Of a stretch of DNA of 64,000 nucleotides, positions 1 to 8,268 are shown in pieces (the first letter of the stretch is position 1; the number at the start of each line of letters is the position of its first letter). The stretch comes from a virus. Taxonomy: Duplodnaviria > Caudoviricetes. Made by a program: the position numbers and the translations under genes. The notes below the pieces were generated by a model. That model ran no database searches. It was not told the DNA's origin and saw only the letters and a list, made by a program, of their open reading frames with translations. The stretch lies in IMG/VR virus record IMGVR_UViG_3300044266_000349, positions 11,149-75,148 of that record; one strand, 5' to 3'.

Positions 1-53
1 GTGTTACAATGACTATGTTGGATTTTATTATATGTTTTTGAAAGGAGTCTTAA

Positions 54-431
54 ATGGCTAATACTGTTCGTAAAGGTAAAGTGAATCGTCACGAGAAGAT
101 TACTCAAGTTCTACTCTCTGGTAAACCCGTTTCACCTGGTGAAATTCTTGCAGTGTTCAAGGGCACTGACCAAGAAGCCGTGTTGTATCGCTTGAGTACC
201 AACATCTATAACATCCGTAAAGATGGTGGTGTTGTTAAGGTGATTAAGAATGGTCGTAAGGTTGAAGCATATCAACTGTTGAATGCTGATGAGTTTGATG
301 CTAATGGCCGTTATGTTGGTAAGAATTCGGTGACTACCACCGCCTCTGCCGTTGCGCCTGTGAAGCCTGTTGCACCAGTTCAACCTGTTCAACCAGTTAA
401 GCAGACTGCCACTCAAACTGTGTCCGCTTAA
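54..431 (+). CDS. hypothetical early protein, possible winged-helix DNA-binding domain with Pro/Val-rich tail
   Basis: SD AAAGGAG upstream; basic N-terminal ~85 aa, then [14 protein letters not shown]; fold is inferred. Confidence 0.65.
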   Translation: MANTVRKGKVNRHEKITQVLLSGKPVSPGEILAVFKGTDQEAVLYRLSTNIYNIRKDGGVVKVIKNGRKVEAYQLLNADEFDANGRYVGKNSVTTTASAVAPVKPVAPVQPVQPVKQTATQTVSA

Positions 432-443
432 AAGGAGAAACGC

Positions 444-725
444 ATGGCCACCATTATCAAATCGGAATGGCATCAAGTTGAAACCCGTCAAATTTTGGAG
501 TTGGATGTAGATATTCTATCTCAAATTTATCCTGACAATTCAACAGAAGAGATTGAAGAGCTCTTGTCTAGAATTGAAAACGGTGAAATTGATATTGAGA
601 TTGTGTTACAAGAAGCCGACTTTGAAGGTGTAGACCTTGATTGGGAACCAACTGATTATGAAGATTGGTGGTCATTACGTAAAGGTGGATATGAAGTCAC
701 TTATGAAGTTGAAGGAGTAGAATGA
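444..725 (+). CDS. very acidic hypothetical protein
   Basis: SD AAGGAG; E/D-rich 93 aa; ATGA overlap with next gene. Confidence 0.65.
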   Translation: MATIIKSEWHQVETRQILELDVDILSQIYPDNSTEEIEELLSRIENGEIDIEIVLQEADFEGVDLDWEPTDYEDWWSLRKGGYEVTYEVEGVE

Positions 726-1165
726 TGGCACAATGGAAAGTAGAACCTGTATTCAAGAAATCGGTTATTGAACGCAACTTCATCAGCAATGATGATACTA
801 CCATTGTGGTAGAAACTGGTTGGCGTTGGGGTGAGTTTCTTGTAACCACTGAAGATGACAATCCTCCTAAACTTGAGGCTGGTGTGGATATCTTCAACTG
901 TGAATATGAAACAGAGTTGATTGAAACATGGGATGGTTGTTGGGAAGATGTTGATCTTGACGCCTGTGATGATGAAACCCGTGAATGGCTAGAAGAATTC
1001 TTTGAAGAGAATAATTGGCTTGACCTTGAAGAGCATGGTTGGTATGGCAGTGAAACTACCATGACCATTGACTGTGACCTCAAGATGACCAAGTTGAATG
1101 AGGATGGCACTGATAGTGATGTGGTCGTATACAGTGGAGAAAATCCTAATAGTGGAAGTGATTGA
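722..1165 (+). CDS. very acidic hypothetical phage protein
   Basis: SD GAAGGAG; coupled to previous ORF; D/E/W-rich. Confidence 0.65.
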   Translation: MMAQWKVEPVFKKSVIERNFISNDDTTIVVETGWRWGEFLVTTEDDNPPKLEAGVDIFNCEYETELIETWDGCWEDVDLDACDDETREWLEEFFEENNWLDLEEHGWYGSETTMTIDCDLKMTKLNEDGTDSDVVVYSGENPNSGSD

Positions 1166-1182
1166 TAAAAGAAAGATAATCA

Positions 1183-1998
1183 ATGAAAGTCGCAGTATGC
1201 TCAGACCTGCATTTGGAATTTGGACCGATTTCTCTGGAAAATACCGAGAATGCGGATGTCCTCATTTTGTCAGGAGATATTCTTGTTGAAGCATCTTTAC
1301 GATTCATTGATGATCCAATGCCTACGCAAATGGCAATTTCTAATAAGTATCATACCTTCATGCAAGAATGTTCTGAGCGATTCCCTCATGTTATTTACAT
1401 CGCCGGGAACCATGAACATTACCATGGTGATTTTGGCCACACTATTCGAAATCTTCGTGACAAGTTTGCTTATCTGGATAATGTTCACATTCTAGATAAG
1501 ACTACTTTCAAACTGAATGAATATGTGTTTGTTGGTGGTACTTTGTGGACCGATATGAACAACGAGGATCCAATTACTCTTCATGCTATGAAAAGTATGA
1601 TGAATGATTTTCGTTTGGTGATGAACAACAAACATAATCAGCCAGTTAAGTTCTTACCAGAAGATGCAGTAGAAGACCACAGAATGATGATGGATTTTAT
1701 TCGTGTTTGTATTGAATGCCTGCCCACACACAAGTTTGTGGTGGTTGGTCACCATGCGCCGAGTAGGCTTTCTACTCATCCACGATATAAAGATGAACAA
1801 GTCATGAATGGTGGTTATTCTTCTGAATTGTCTGAGTTTATTCTTGACCATCCACAAATTAAACTGTGGACTCATGGGCATACTCATGAGCCATTTGATT
1901 ACATGATTGGTGATACTCGGATTGTGTGTAACCCACGTGGTTATATCAACTATGAAGGGTGTGCTGATAATTTTAAGCTGCAATTCATCGAGGTGTGA
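1183..1998 (+). CDS. calcineurin-like metallophosphoesterase
   Basis: Motifs DLH, GD, GNHE, HH and HGHTH in canonical order. Confidence 0.92.
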   Translation: MKVAVCSDLHLEFGPISLENTENADVLILSGDILVEASLRFIDDPMPTQMAISNKYHTFMQECSERFPHVIYIAGNHEHYHGDFGHTIRNLRDKFAYLDNVHILDKTTFKLNEYVFVGGTLWTDMNNEDPITLHAMKSMMNDFRLVMNNKHNQPVKFLPEDAVEDHRMMMDFIRVCIECLPTHKFVVVGHHAPSRLSTHPRYKDEQVMNGGYSSELSEFILDHPQIKLWTHGHTHEPFDYMIGDTRIVCNPRGYINYEGCADNFKLQFIEV

Positions 1999-1999
1999 T

Positions 2000-2431
2000 A
2001 TGAGTGATACTGATTTTCAAATCAAAAAAGAAGAAATGAAACGTGCATATGATGAAAAAATGGCAAGAAATTGGATTCGCATTACAGATTTAATGCTTAA
2101 AGAAATGTTGGATGAAGAAGGTTATCCAACTGAAGCAGCACTTGAAATCATTGAGTTGTGGCCATTTGAACGTACATTAGGTTGGTTTGATTTTATAAAA
2201 GATTTGTGGGCCTATACCGATTGGGGTTGGCGTGAAAACGAAGAACCTCATGAATATCGTAAAAATACAATGGTACGCCGGTTTAAAATTTCAACTGCTG
2301 GTTGGTCTGGTAATGAATTATTGATTCGCCATATGGAGAAGAATGTTGCAGTATGGCATACTACCTGGGTGCAATCACGCCGTGGTGGGCACTATATTTT
2401 TGAATGTGTAATTGGAGATGAAAATGTCTAA
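2000..2431 (+). CDS. hypothetical protein
   Basis: ATG at 2000 right after previous stop, SD GAGG; same frame as track ORF 1907..2431. Confidence 0.65.
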   Translation: MSDTDFQIKKEEMKRAYDEKMARNWIRITDLMLKEMLDEEGYPTEAALEIIELWPFERTLGWFDFIKDLWAYTDWGWRENEEPHEYRKNTMVRRFKISTAGWSGNELLIRHMEKNVAVWHTTWVQSRRGGHYIFECVIGDENV

Positions 2432-2711
2432 AATGTACTTGGTTGAAACCGTTTCTATTTTTCGTCATCGTTATGTCGTAGAGGCCAAAGAAAAACAGCA
2501 TGCTCTTGATGAGGTCGTTTGTTCTATTGGTGGTGTGGTAGATGATTGGCAAGAGTTTTCGCAACAACATGTAGATGAATGCATTACTTCTTCACGTGAG
2601 ATTGATCGTGAAGAATATCTACGTTTGTTTGCTGAAGACAATGCTTATCTTTCTTCGTGGGAAGAAGAGATGAAATTTAAGTTTGTTAACAAGATTGTTT
2701 ATGAGGGCTGA
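2424..2711 (+). CDS. hypothetical phage protein
   Basis: SD GGAG at 2414-2417, ATG 2424; overlaps previous stop. Confidence 0.65.
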   Translation: MSKMYLVETVSIFRHRYVVEAKEKQHALDEVVCSIGGVVDDWQEFSQQHVDECITSSREIDREEYLRLFAEDNAYLSSWEEEMKFKFVNKIVYEG

Positions 2712-2713
2712 AG

Positions 2714-3385
2714 ATGAAAGTCTATATTAGTTCTTACCGTTATCATTGGCTTTCTCCATATACTATCTTGGAGAAGGTCTTGTTTTGGAAAGATTGGGAA
2801 AAAATTGAGTATGAAGAGCCATGGGTAGAGAAATGGGCTAACCGTATTCTGCCATTCTCCACTGCATTGCAAAAGGCTTTGGATTTCATCCACCCAAAGG
2901 TTAATTATGTGAAGATTGATTATTGGGACACCTGGTCAATGGATCGTACTTTGTCTTATATCATTCTGCCTATGCTGAAACAGCTGAAAGCAACAAAGCA
3001 TGGTGCACCACTTGTGGATGATATTGATGTGCCTGATGAATTGAAATCAACCAATGCGCCACCTAAAGAAAATGAGTATGATGTGGATGCGTATCACTTT
3101 GATCGTTGGGACTATGTACTCAATGAAATGATTTTTGCTTTTGAAAACAAAGTGGACGATTCATGGGAAGAAAAATATCATACCGGTAAAATTGATTACA
3201 AGTTTGTTAAAAGTGAAAAAACATTCTTTAATCCGGTGACAAAACAAGATGAAAGTGTGTATGAATCGGTCAAAGGGCCAAATGACACTTATCATTATGA
3301 TTCCGATGGTGCAAAGAAAGAGCATGATCGTATGGCAAATGGTTTCCGACTATTCGGAAAATATTATGAAGGTTTGTGGGACTAA
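2714..3385 (+). CDS. conserved hypothetical phage protein
   Basis: 223 aa in operon; DTWSMDxTL...LKQLK...HGAP pattern familiar from T4-like phages. Confidence 0.7.
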   Translation: MKVYISSYRYHWLSPYTILEKVLFWKDWEKIEYEEPWVEKWANRILPFSTALQKALDFIHPKVNYVKIDYWDTWSMDRTLSYIILPMLKQLKATKHGAPLVDDIDVPDELKSTNAPPKENEYDVDAYHFDRWDYVLNEMIFAFENKVDDSWEEKYHTGKIDYKFVKSEKTFFNPVTKQDESVYESVKGPNDTYHYDSDGAKKEHDRMANGFRLFGKYYEGLWD

Positions 3386-3394
3386 AAGGAGAAA

Positions 3395-3736
3395 ATGATG
3401 TATCAACCAAATGAAGAAGTTATTTTGCGGCGTGCTCAACCTCAAATTAGAGTGGAAGCAGAACCGCCAGAGGTAAGAAATGATAATACTCTTGGATTGT
3501 ATTTGTCGAAACTCAATCAGCAAATTGAATCCCTTGAAGTTTATTTGTCTAAACTTGAAGATAAGTTGTCATTTGTTTGTGTGCAGGATTTGGCGATGAA
3601 GTCTGTGGACAAAACTTTTTTTTCAAATCCTACTCGGCCACAATCACCTGCTTTGGAGTTAATTGAAAATATGCAATATAAGATGGATTCGTTGCAAAGC
3701 CAAGTGGTGATTATGATTGATAAAGTTCAGGTATGA
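3395..3736 (+). CDS. hypothetical coiled-coil protein
   Basis: SD AAAGGAG; heptad-like Leu spacing. Confidence 0.6.
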   Translation: MMYQPNEEVILRRAQPQIRVEAEPPEVRNDNTLGLYLSKLNQQIESLEVYLSKLEDKLSFVCVQDLAMKSVDKTFFSNPTRPQSPALELIENMQYKMDSLQSQVVIMIDKVQV

Positions 3737-3966
3737 TTTCAATCGTACACCATATCTCCGCTAAACGTAGGTTGACAGAGGCACAAAAGACCATTATAAT
3801 GTTGGGTGGCGAAAATGAAGCACCTAACCAAATATTGGCCCAGCGTGATATGATTATGCGAGAGGTTAAATATTATGAAGAACGTGCAAGCGTCATGGTC
3901 ATATTTTTGATTGCGCTTGTAGTTCTAGGCAGCGTTTGTTATGGCATGTATTCACGTTTAACTTAG
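3733..3966 (+). CDS. small membrane protein
   Basis: ATGA overlap; C-terminal hydrophobic segment VMVIFLIALVVLGSVCYGM. Confidence 0.6.
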   Translation: MISIVHHISAKRRLTEAQKTIIMLGGENEAPNQILAQRDMIMREVKYYEERASVMVIFLIALVVLGSVCYGMYSRLT

Positions 3967-3976
3967 GAGTATTCTG

Positions 3977-4240
3977 ATGAACAAACTATTTTTGTGGTTC
4001 GGTAAAAATACAGTCAACTTTTTAATGGGTGTTGCAATCGTATTCAGCCTTGTAGCAGGCTGGTTCGTTGCGGATAAGTATAAAGATCATATGCCAAAGT
4101 TCCCTTTAGAGGTTGCTGAATTCAAAGGTGGGATTCAGAATCACTTAGTGTGGTCCATGAAAGGTGAGTGTTATTTTGTACGTGCAGTGACGGAACAAAC
4201 TGTGTTACTGGTACGTGTGGAAGACTGCGATAAAAAATAA
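3977..4240 (+). CDS. small membrane-anchored protein
   Basis: SD TAGGAG; N-terminal hydrophobic helix. Confidence 0.6.
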   Translation: MNKLFLWFGKNTVNFLMGVAIVFSLVAGWFVADKYKDHMPKFPLEVAEFKGGIQNHLVWSMKGECYFVRAVTEQTVLLVRVEDCDKK

Positions 4241-4254
4241 AGAAAGGAAATATT

Positions 4255-4557
4255 ATGTCTTTGTTCGTTGAAGTGAATTCTGCTGAGAAGAATTGCCCTG
4301 TGATTGTTAATCTGGATGCAGTTGTTGAAATTGCACCATTGGTTACTGGTGGCTGTGTTATCTTCTTTGCAGACTCAGCCGGTATGAATTCACGTACTGG
4401 CATGAAAGTATCTAATGAATATAGTGAGTTTAAGCAATTCGTTATGCAGACCGTTTCTGCTGATGACATTGCAAAACGATTCCCTAAAGTTCAGAGCGAA
4501 ACACCAAAAGAAGAAAAGCCTGTAAAGATGGAGAAGTTCAAGATTCCTAAACTATGA
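4255..4557 (+). CDS. hypothetical protein
   Basis: SD AAAGGA; in operon. Confidence 0.6.
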   Translation: MSLFVEVNSAEKNCPVIVNLDAVVEIAPLVTGGCVIFFADSAGMNSRTGMKVSNEYSEFKQFVMQTVSADDIAKRFPKVQSETPKEEKPVKMEKFKIPKL

Positions 4558-4841
4558 ACGATATCTTAGGAGATATATTCTCATGGATTAAAGATGATTG
4601 GGTATCAAACCGTCTACGTTTTGTTGTTGAGCTTCTTGCTTGGGCATTTTCTATTGGATGCTCTATTACCATGGCGCTCACGGTACCCAATCCTCCACTC
4701 CTTGCTTTATATCCTGTGTGGATCAGCGGTTGTGCTATGTATGCTTGGGCTGCTTGGAGTCGTAAATCTTTTGGCATGTTGGCTAACTATATTCTGCTCA
4801 CCACCATTGATAGTGTTGGCTTGATAAGGATGATTGTATGA
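4554..4841 (+). CDS. small multi-pass membrane protein
   Basis: ATGA overlap; about three hydrophobic segments. Confidence 0.65.
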   Translation: MNDILGDIFSWIKDDWVSNRLRFVVELLAWAFSIGCSITMALTVPNPPLLALYPVWISGCAMYAWAAWSRKSFGMLANYILLTTIDSVGLIRMIV

Positions 4842-5170
4842 GTTTTCATTTTGGCTCTTTGAAATCTGTTTATAATATCTTTAATGTGGATCAGCCTGTC
4901 TTTTCTACGCATATGACAAACGTAACGGCACCTATCGGTGCAGTTGGTAGTTCTAATCCATCTGGCGCAATTAAATCCGATCCGAAAGTAAAGGTGAATA
5001 TGGCTGTGCCTTTGTCTTATGAGTTTAGAGTGGCTGAACACGTAGATGGCAAAGGCAATATTGTCAAAGTTGGATTACAATTAAAAGTGACAGAACATGA
5101 TCCATGCACAGGGTATGCCGTATGCCTTTATGATTGGCAAGATGTTGAACGAGTGAGGATTCCAGTATGA
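4838..5170 (+). CDS. hypothetical protein
   Basis: ATGA overlaps at both ends. Confidence 0.55.
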   Translation: MSFHFGSLKSVYNIFNVDQPVFSTHMTNVTAPIGAVGSSNPSGAIKSDPKVKVNMAVPLSYEFRVAEHVDGKGNIVKVGLQLKVTEHDPCTGYAVCLYDWQDVERVRIPV

Positions 5171-5628
5171 ACCGCAATCAAGCTATTGATATTCTTGGCC
5201 GCACCGGCGAAAAAATTATTGCCAACCTGTTGGCACGGGAAGGCCTTATTGTCCAGGAATCCATCAACCACTTCGATTCGGAGAAAGATTTCCTGGTCGA
5301 TGGAAAAAAGGTTGAGGTGAAGACGGAACAACCCTACGTACTTAAAAATGCATTTACCTTCCGGGAAAACCAACTGAGGAAATGTAGGAATGTGGATGTG
5401 TTGTATTTTGTCTCCATTCCACCATTATTTGATAGAAATTACCGTTGGGGTGGCTGGATTTTTCGTGCCAATCCACAAGAATTCAAGTATAATCCATATA
5501 CTACGAAAAGTGGTCTACGAATGATTGCTGTGCCTATTGACCAAGAATCCATGGTGCCAATTTGTCGTATGAATGATTCTGAAATTAATGAACTAATGAA
5601 ATATGCCGAATCAGCTTATGCACGATAA
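5167..5628 (+). CDS. putative PD-(D/E)xK nuclease-fold protein
   Basis: GxxGE helix followed by D-F...V-E-V-K motif. Confidence 0.55.
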   Translation: MNRNQAIDILGRTGEKIIANLLAREGLIVQESINHFDSEKDFLVDGKKVEVKTEQPYVLKNAFTFRENQLRKCRNVDVLYFVSIPPLFDRNYRWGGWIFRANPQEFKYNPYTTKSGLRMIAVPIDQESMVPICRMNDSEINELMKYAESAYAR

Positions 5629-5636
5629 GGAATACT

Positions 5637-6212
5637 GTGAATATCTTCTATCTTGATCCTGATCCAAAAGTTTGTGCTCAGATGCACAATAACAAGCACG
5701 TTGTTAAGATGATTATTGAGTATGCACAACTCATGTCTACTGCACACCGTGTAATTGACGGCACAGAATATACCGACCTAACTGCAAATGGTCGGCGCAT
5801 CAAACGTTGGCGCCTCGATGATGAACGTGAACAATCTCTCATGAAGGCTTCACATATCAATCACCCATCGGCTATCTGGTGTCGTGAGAATCTGGCCAAC
5901 TATCGTTGGCTGTTCCGTATGTGGTCAGATTTACTTGATGAGTATACGTATCGTTATGGTAAAGTTCATGCGTGTGCAAGACTCAAAGATGTTTTGCGTT
6001 TCCCACCAAACAAAATCAAAGTTGATGAATTCTTTGCACCAACACCCGCAATGCCATCTGAATTGAAAGTGATGGCTGAGGATCCTCTGCCTGGTCGCAA
6101 ATATGATTCATTGAAATCATATCACAATTATTACAATGTTGCTAAACGTGGTTTTGCTTCCTGGAACGGCAAAATCAATTCACGTCCTACTCCAAGCTGG
6201 TATTCTGTGTGA
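5637..6212 (+). CDS. denV: pyrimidine-dimer DNA glycosylase (endonuclease V family-like)
   Basis: MNIFYLD...KHVVKMxxEyAQ N-terminus, NHPSAIW, C-terminal SYxxYY...W; GTG start with SD AAGGA. Confidence 0.75.
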   Translation: MNIFYLDPDPKVCAQMHNNKHVVKMIIEYAQLMSTAHRVIDGTEYTDLTANGRRIKRWRLDDEREQSLMKASHINHPSAIWCRENLANYRWLFRMWSDLLDEYTYRYGKVHACARLKDVLRFPPNKIKVDEFFAPTPAMPSELKVMAEDPLPGRKYDSLKSYHNYYNVAKRGFASWNGKINSRPTPSWYSV

Positions 6213-6424
6213 AGTATTATTCAATATCATTTCCTGGTGAGTATGGCCAGGATGTAGTTGAAACTTGGTCTGAAGACCAGATCATAGAATCATATTACAA
6301 ATATTGGTCAGGTAAGATGATTCAAAATGTACCTAACTGTGATTTGTGTAGAGAAAGATGTATTGATGATTGGTGTGTCGTACATTGGGCAATTGAAGTT
6401 CCTAAACCTGGTTATATGGAGTGA
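6209..6424 (+). CDS. hypothetical protein
   Basis: GTGA overlap; 71 aa. Confidence 0.55.
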   Translation: MKYYSISFPGEYGQDVVETWSEDQIIESYYKYWSGKMIQNVPNCDLCRERCIDDWCVVHWAIEVPKPGYME

Positions 6425-6651
6425 TTATGAGTTTGGATGGAAAAGAAAAAGTGCTTTTTGTTTTTGGTGCCATTTTTCTTTCTGTGGCATTTAGTTTTCT
6501 ATTGAGTCTGCCTGTAATGTGGTTGTGGGATATTGTGATGCCTGCACTATTTAAATTGCCAGAAATTACATGGTTTCAATCTTGGTGTCTGAGTCTGCTT
6601 TGCAATTTACTCTTCAAGTCAGAACTTTCATTTAAGAACAAAGAAGAATAA
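6421..6651 (+). CDS. small membrane protein
   Basis: Two hydrophobic segments; overlaps previous stop. Confidence 0.55.
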   Translation: MIMSLDGKEKVLFVFGAIFLSVAFSFLLSLPVMWLWDIVMPALFKLPEITWFQSWCLSLLCNLLFKSELSFKNKEE

Positions 6652-6688
6652 TTTAACTATATATGGTTGTAATTAACTTGGAGGAAAA

Positions 6689-6970
6689 GTGCCGACATAT
6701 ACTTTCTTGAATAAAGATACAGGTGAAGTAGAAGAACATTCTATGTCTTATACAAAGTTGGATGAGTTCAAAGAATTGAATCCCAACCTTGAGAGACATT
6801 TTTCTGTTGATACTTTGCCTAGTTTTGGTGACTCCATGCGTATGTCCGTACCAGGATATGGCCAGGGTGTTGCCGCTTTTGAACATGGTGTAATTGATAG
6901 AATTAAACAGTCCGTGCCAGGAAATAATCTACACAAGACGCACAAAACAAAAGCGCCGAGGGAATGGTAA
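6689..6970 (+). CDS. conserved T4-like small protein (MPTY-type, FmdB-like N-terminus)
   Basis: SD GGAGG plus GTG; MPTYTFLNKDTGE start typical of a family upstream of the exonuclease in T4-like phages. Confidence 0.7.
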   Translation: MPTYTFLNKDTGEVEEHSMSYTKLDEFKELNPNLERHFSVDTLPSFGDSMRMSVPGYGQGVAAFEHGVIDRIKQSVPGNNLHKTHKTKAPREW

Positions 6971-7078
6971 TGGCACAAATTCCAGCATTATTTTTGCCAC
7001 CAAGGGGGAAGAATGGTAAGAAAACCTCCATGAAAAAGAACACTTCTAATGTATCAATTGGTAACAATGGAGGTGTTC

Positions 7079-7240
7079 ATGAGCGAAAAGAAAAGAAAAA
7101 CAAAAGCACAGCGTATCTATTCCTTCCTTTCAAGCAAGAAAAGGGTACAGCAGGACCTGATAGAACAATATAAATATGAGAGGGAACAGGAGTTATTAAG
7201 TTTATTCCTGTCACACTATAGAGACACCACAAAATATTAG
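7079..7240 (+). CDS. small basic hypothetical protein
   Basis: SD GGAGG at 7069-7073, ATG 7079; stop 2 nt before exonuclease start. Confidence 0.55.
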   Translation: MSEKKRKTKAQRIYSFLSSKKRVQQDLIEQYKYEREQELLSLFLSHYRDTTKY

Positions 7241-7242
7241 TT

Positions 7243-7905
7243 ATGTTTAATTATGTACCAGTAAAAGAATTGCCGTCACTGTCGTCTGTCACTCAGCCAG
7301 ATGGCAAAAGATATTACACATTACCCAACGGTAAAAATGTTCCTTCTGTGACCACCGTTATTGGTGCCATGAAGAAACAATCCATATTGGAATGGCGTAA
7401 ACGTGTAGGCGAAGAAGAAGCAAATAGAATCTCTCGCACTGCGGCCAGTCGTGGTACAAACACACACAAACTCATTGAAAACTACCTGAACAATGAGCCT
7501 CTCGGCGACAACATAATGCCAGATGCCAAGACGATGTTTTTAAGTTTAAAGCCACTTCTAAACAACATCAATAACATACACTACCAAGAGGCCGCATTGT
7601 GGTCGGAAACGATTGAATTGGCTGGTCGTGTAGATTGTATTGCTGAGTATAATGGTGTATTGTCGGTTATTGATTTTAAAACCTCCAAGAAAATTAAAAC
7701 AAAAGAAGATATACCAGATTACTTTGCACAATGCACTGCATATGCGTTGATGTATGAGGAATTGGTAGGTGTTCCAATTAATCAGTTCGTTGTGCTGATG
7801 GGTGTAACTGATTGTCCTCCTTTGGTTTTTATTGAAAAAACAGAGGATCACATAAATACCTTAATTGAACACATCAATTTCTATAAAAAAACGCTTGACA
7901 AATAA
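7243..7905 (+). CDS. PD-(D/E)xK exonuclease (RecB/Cas4-like fold, T4-like phage type)
   Basis: PSVTTV, RGTxxH, AGRVDC, IDFKTS and QxxAYxxM motifs. Confidence 0.85.
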   Translation: MFNYVPVKELPSLSSVTQPDGKRYYTLPNGKNVPSVTTVIGAMKKQSILEWRKRVGEEEANRISRTAASRGTNTHKLIENYLNNEPLGDNIMPDAKTMFLSLKPLLNNINNIHYQEAALWSETIELAGRVDCIAEYNGVLSVIDFKTSKKIKTKEDIPDYFAQCTAYALMYEELVGVPINQFVVLMGVTDCPPLVFIEKTEDHINTLIEHINFYKKTLDK

Positions 7906-7923
7906 ATAATAGACCAGTATAAT
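7895..7923 (+). promoter_or_regulatory. consensus sigma70 promoter for tmRNA, with late-type AATAAATA in the spacer
   Basis: TTGACA 7895-7900, 17 nt, TATAAT 7918-7923; AATAAATA 7901-7908. Confidence 0.85.
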
Positions 7924-7929
7924 CTGGTA

Positions 7930-8243
7930 CTATGGTTGTATGAAGCAACGTGGAGACAAGCAAGACGGCGGGGCAGTACCGCCCAGGTCCACCATAAGAG
8001 TTTAGGTCTGCGCCGTGCGGTAATGAAGATGACTAAGGGATCACGGACATCCATTTAATCTAAGCCTAAATTCTTATGATGGGCCTGAAATAGTTTCGAT
8101 TGCGTGGGTATATGAAGTGGACAACTCGGTAGGCGATGACCGTAAATCAAGCAAAACGATAAATGCAAACGATGAAAAGTTCGCATTAGCAGCCTAATTA
8201 CTGCTTAGGGTTCGGTGGGTTCCTCGTAACAGAATACCCACCA
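7930..8243 (+). ncRNA. ssrA: circularly permuted (two-piece) tmRNA; tag (A)ANDEKFALAA
   Basis: T-arm GGCGG/CCGCC 7967-7983 and 3' acceptor CAGGTCC-A-CCA 7984-7994 lie upstream of the 5' acceptor GGGCCTG 8081-8087 (7 bp with G3.U70); tag frame GCA..TAA 8165-8197; hairpins 8189-8206 and 8214-8242. Outer ends approximate. Confidence 0.93.
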
Positions 8244-8268
8244 CATGTTTAACAACAAGGAGTTTATT

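Noticed and set aside
6964-7173. Alternative ORF MVMAQIP...
   Set aside because: The overlapping frame starting at 7079 has a strong GGAGG SD and abuts the exonuclease, so it is the better call.
7243-7905. Cas4 as sign of a CRISPR-Cas locus
   Set aside because: No Fe-S cysteine set, no other cas genes and no array; it is the usual T4-like exonuclease.
7967-7994. Isolated tRNA-Ala-like 3' end
   Set aside because: No anticodon arm; it is the acceptor piece of the permuted tmRNA.
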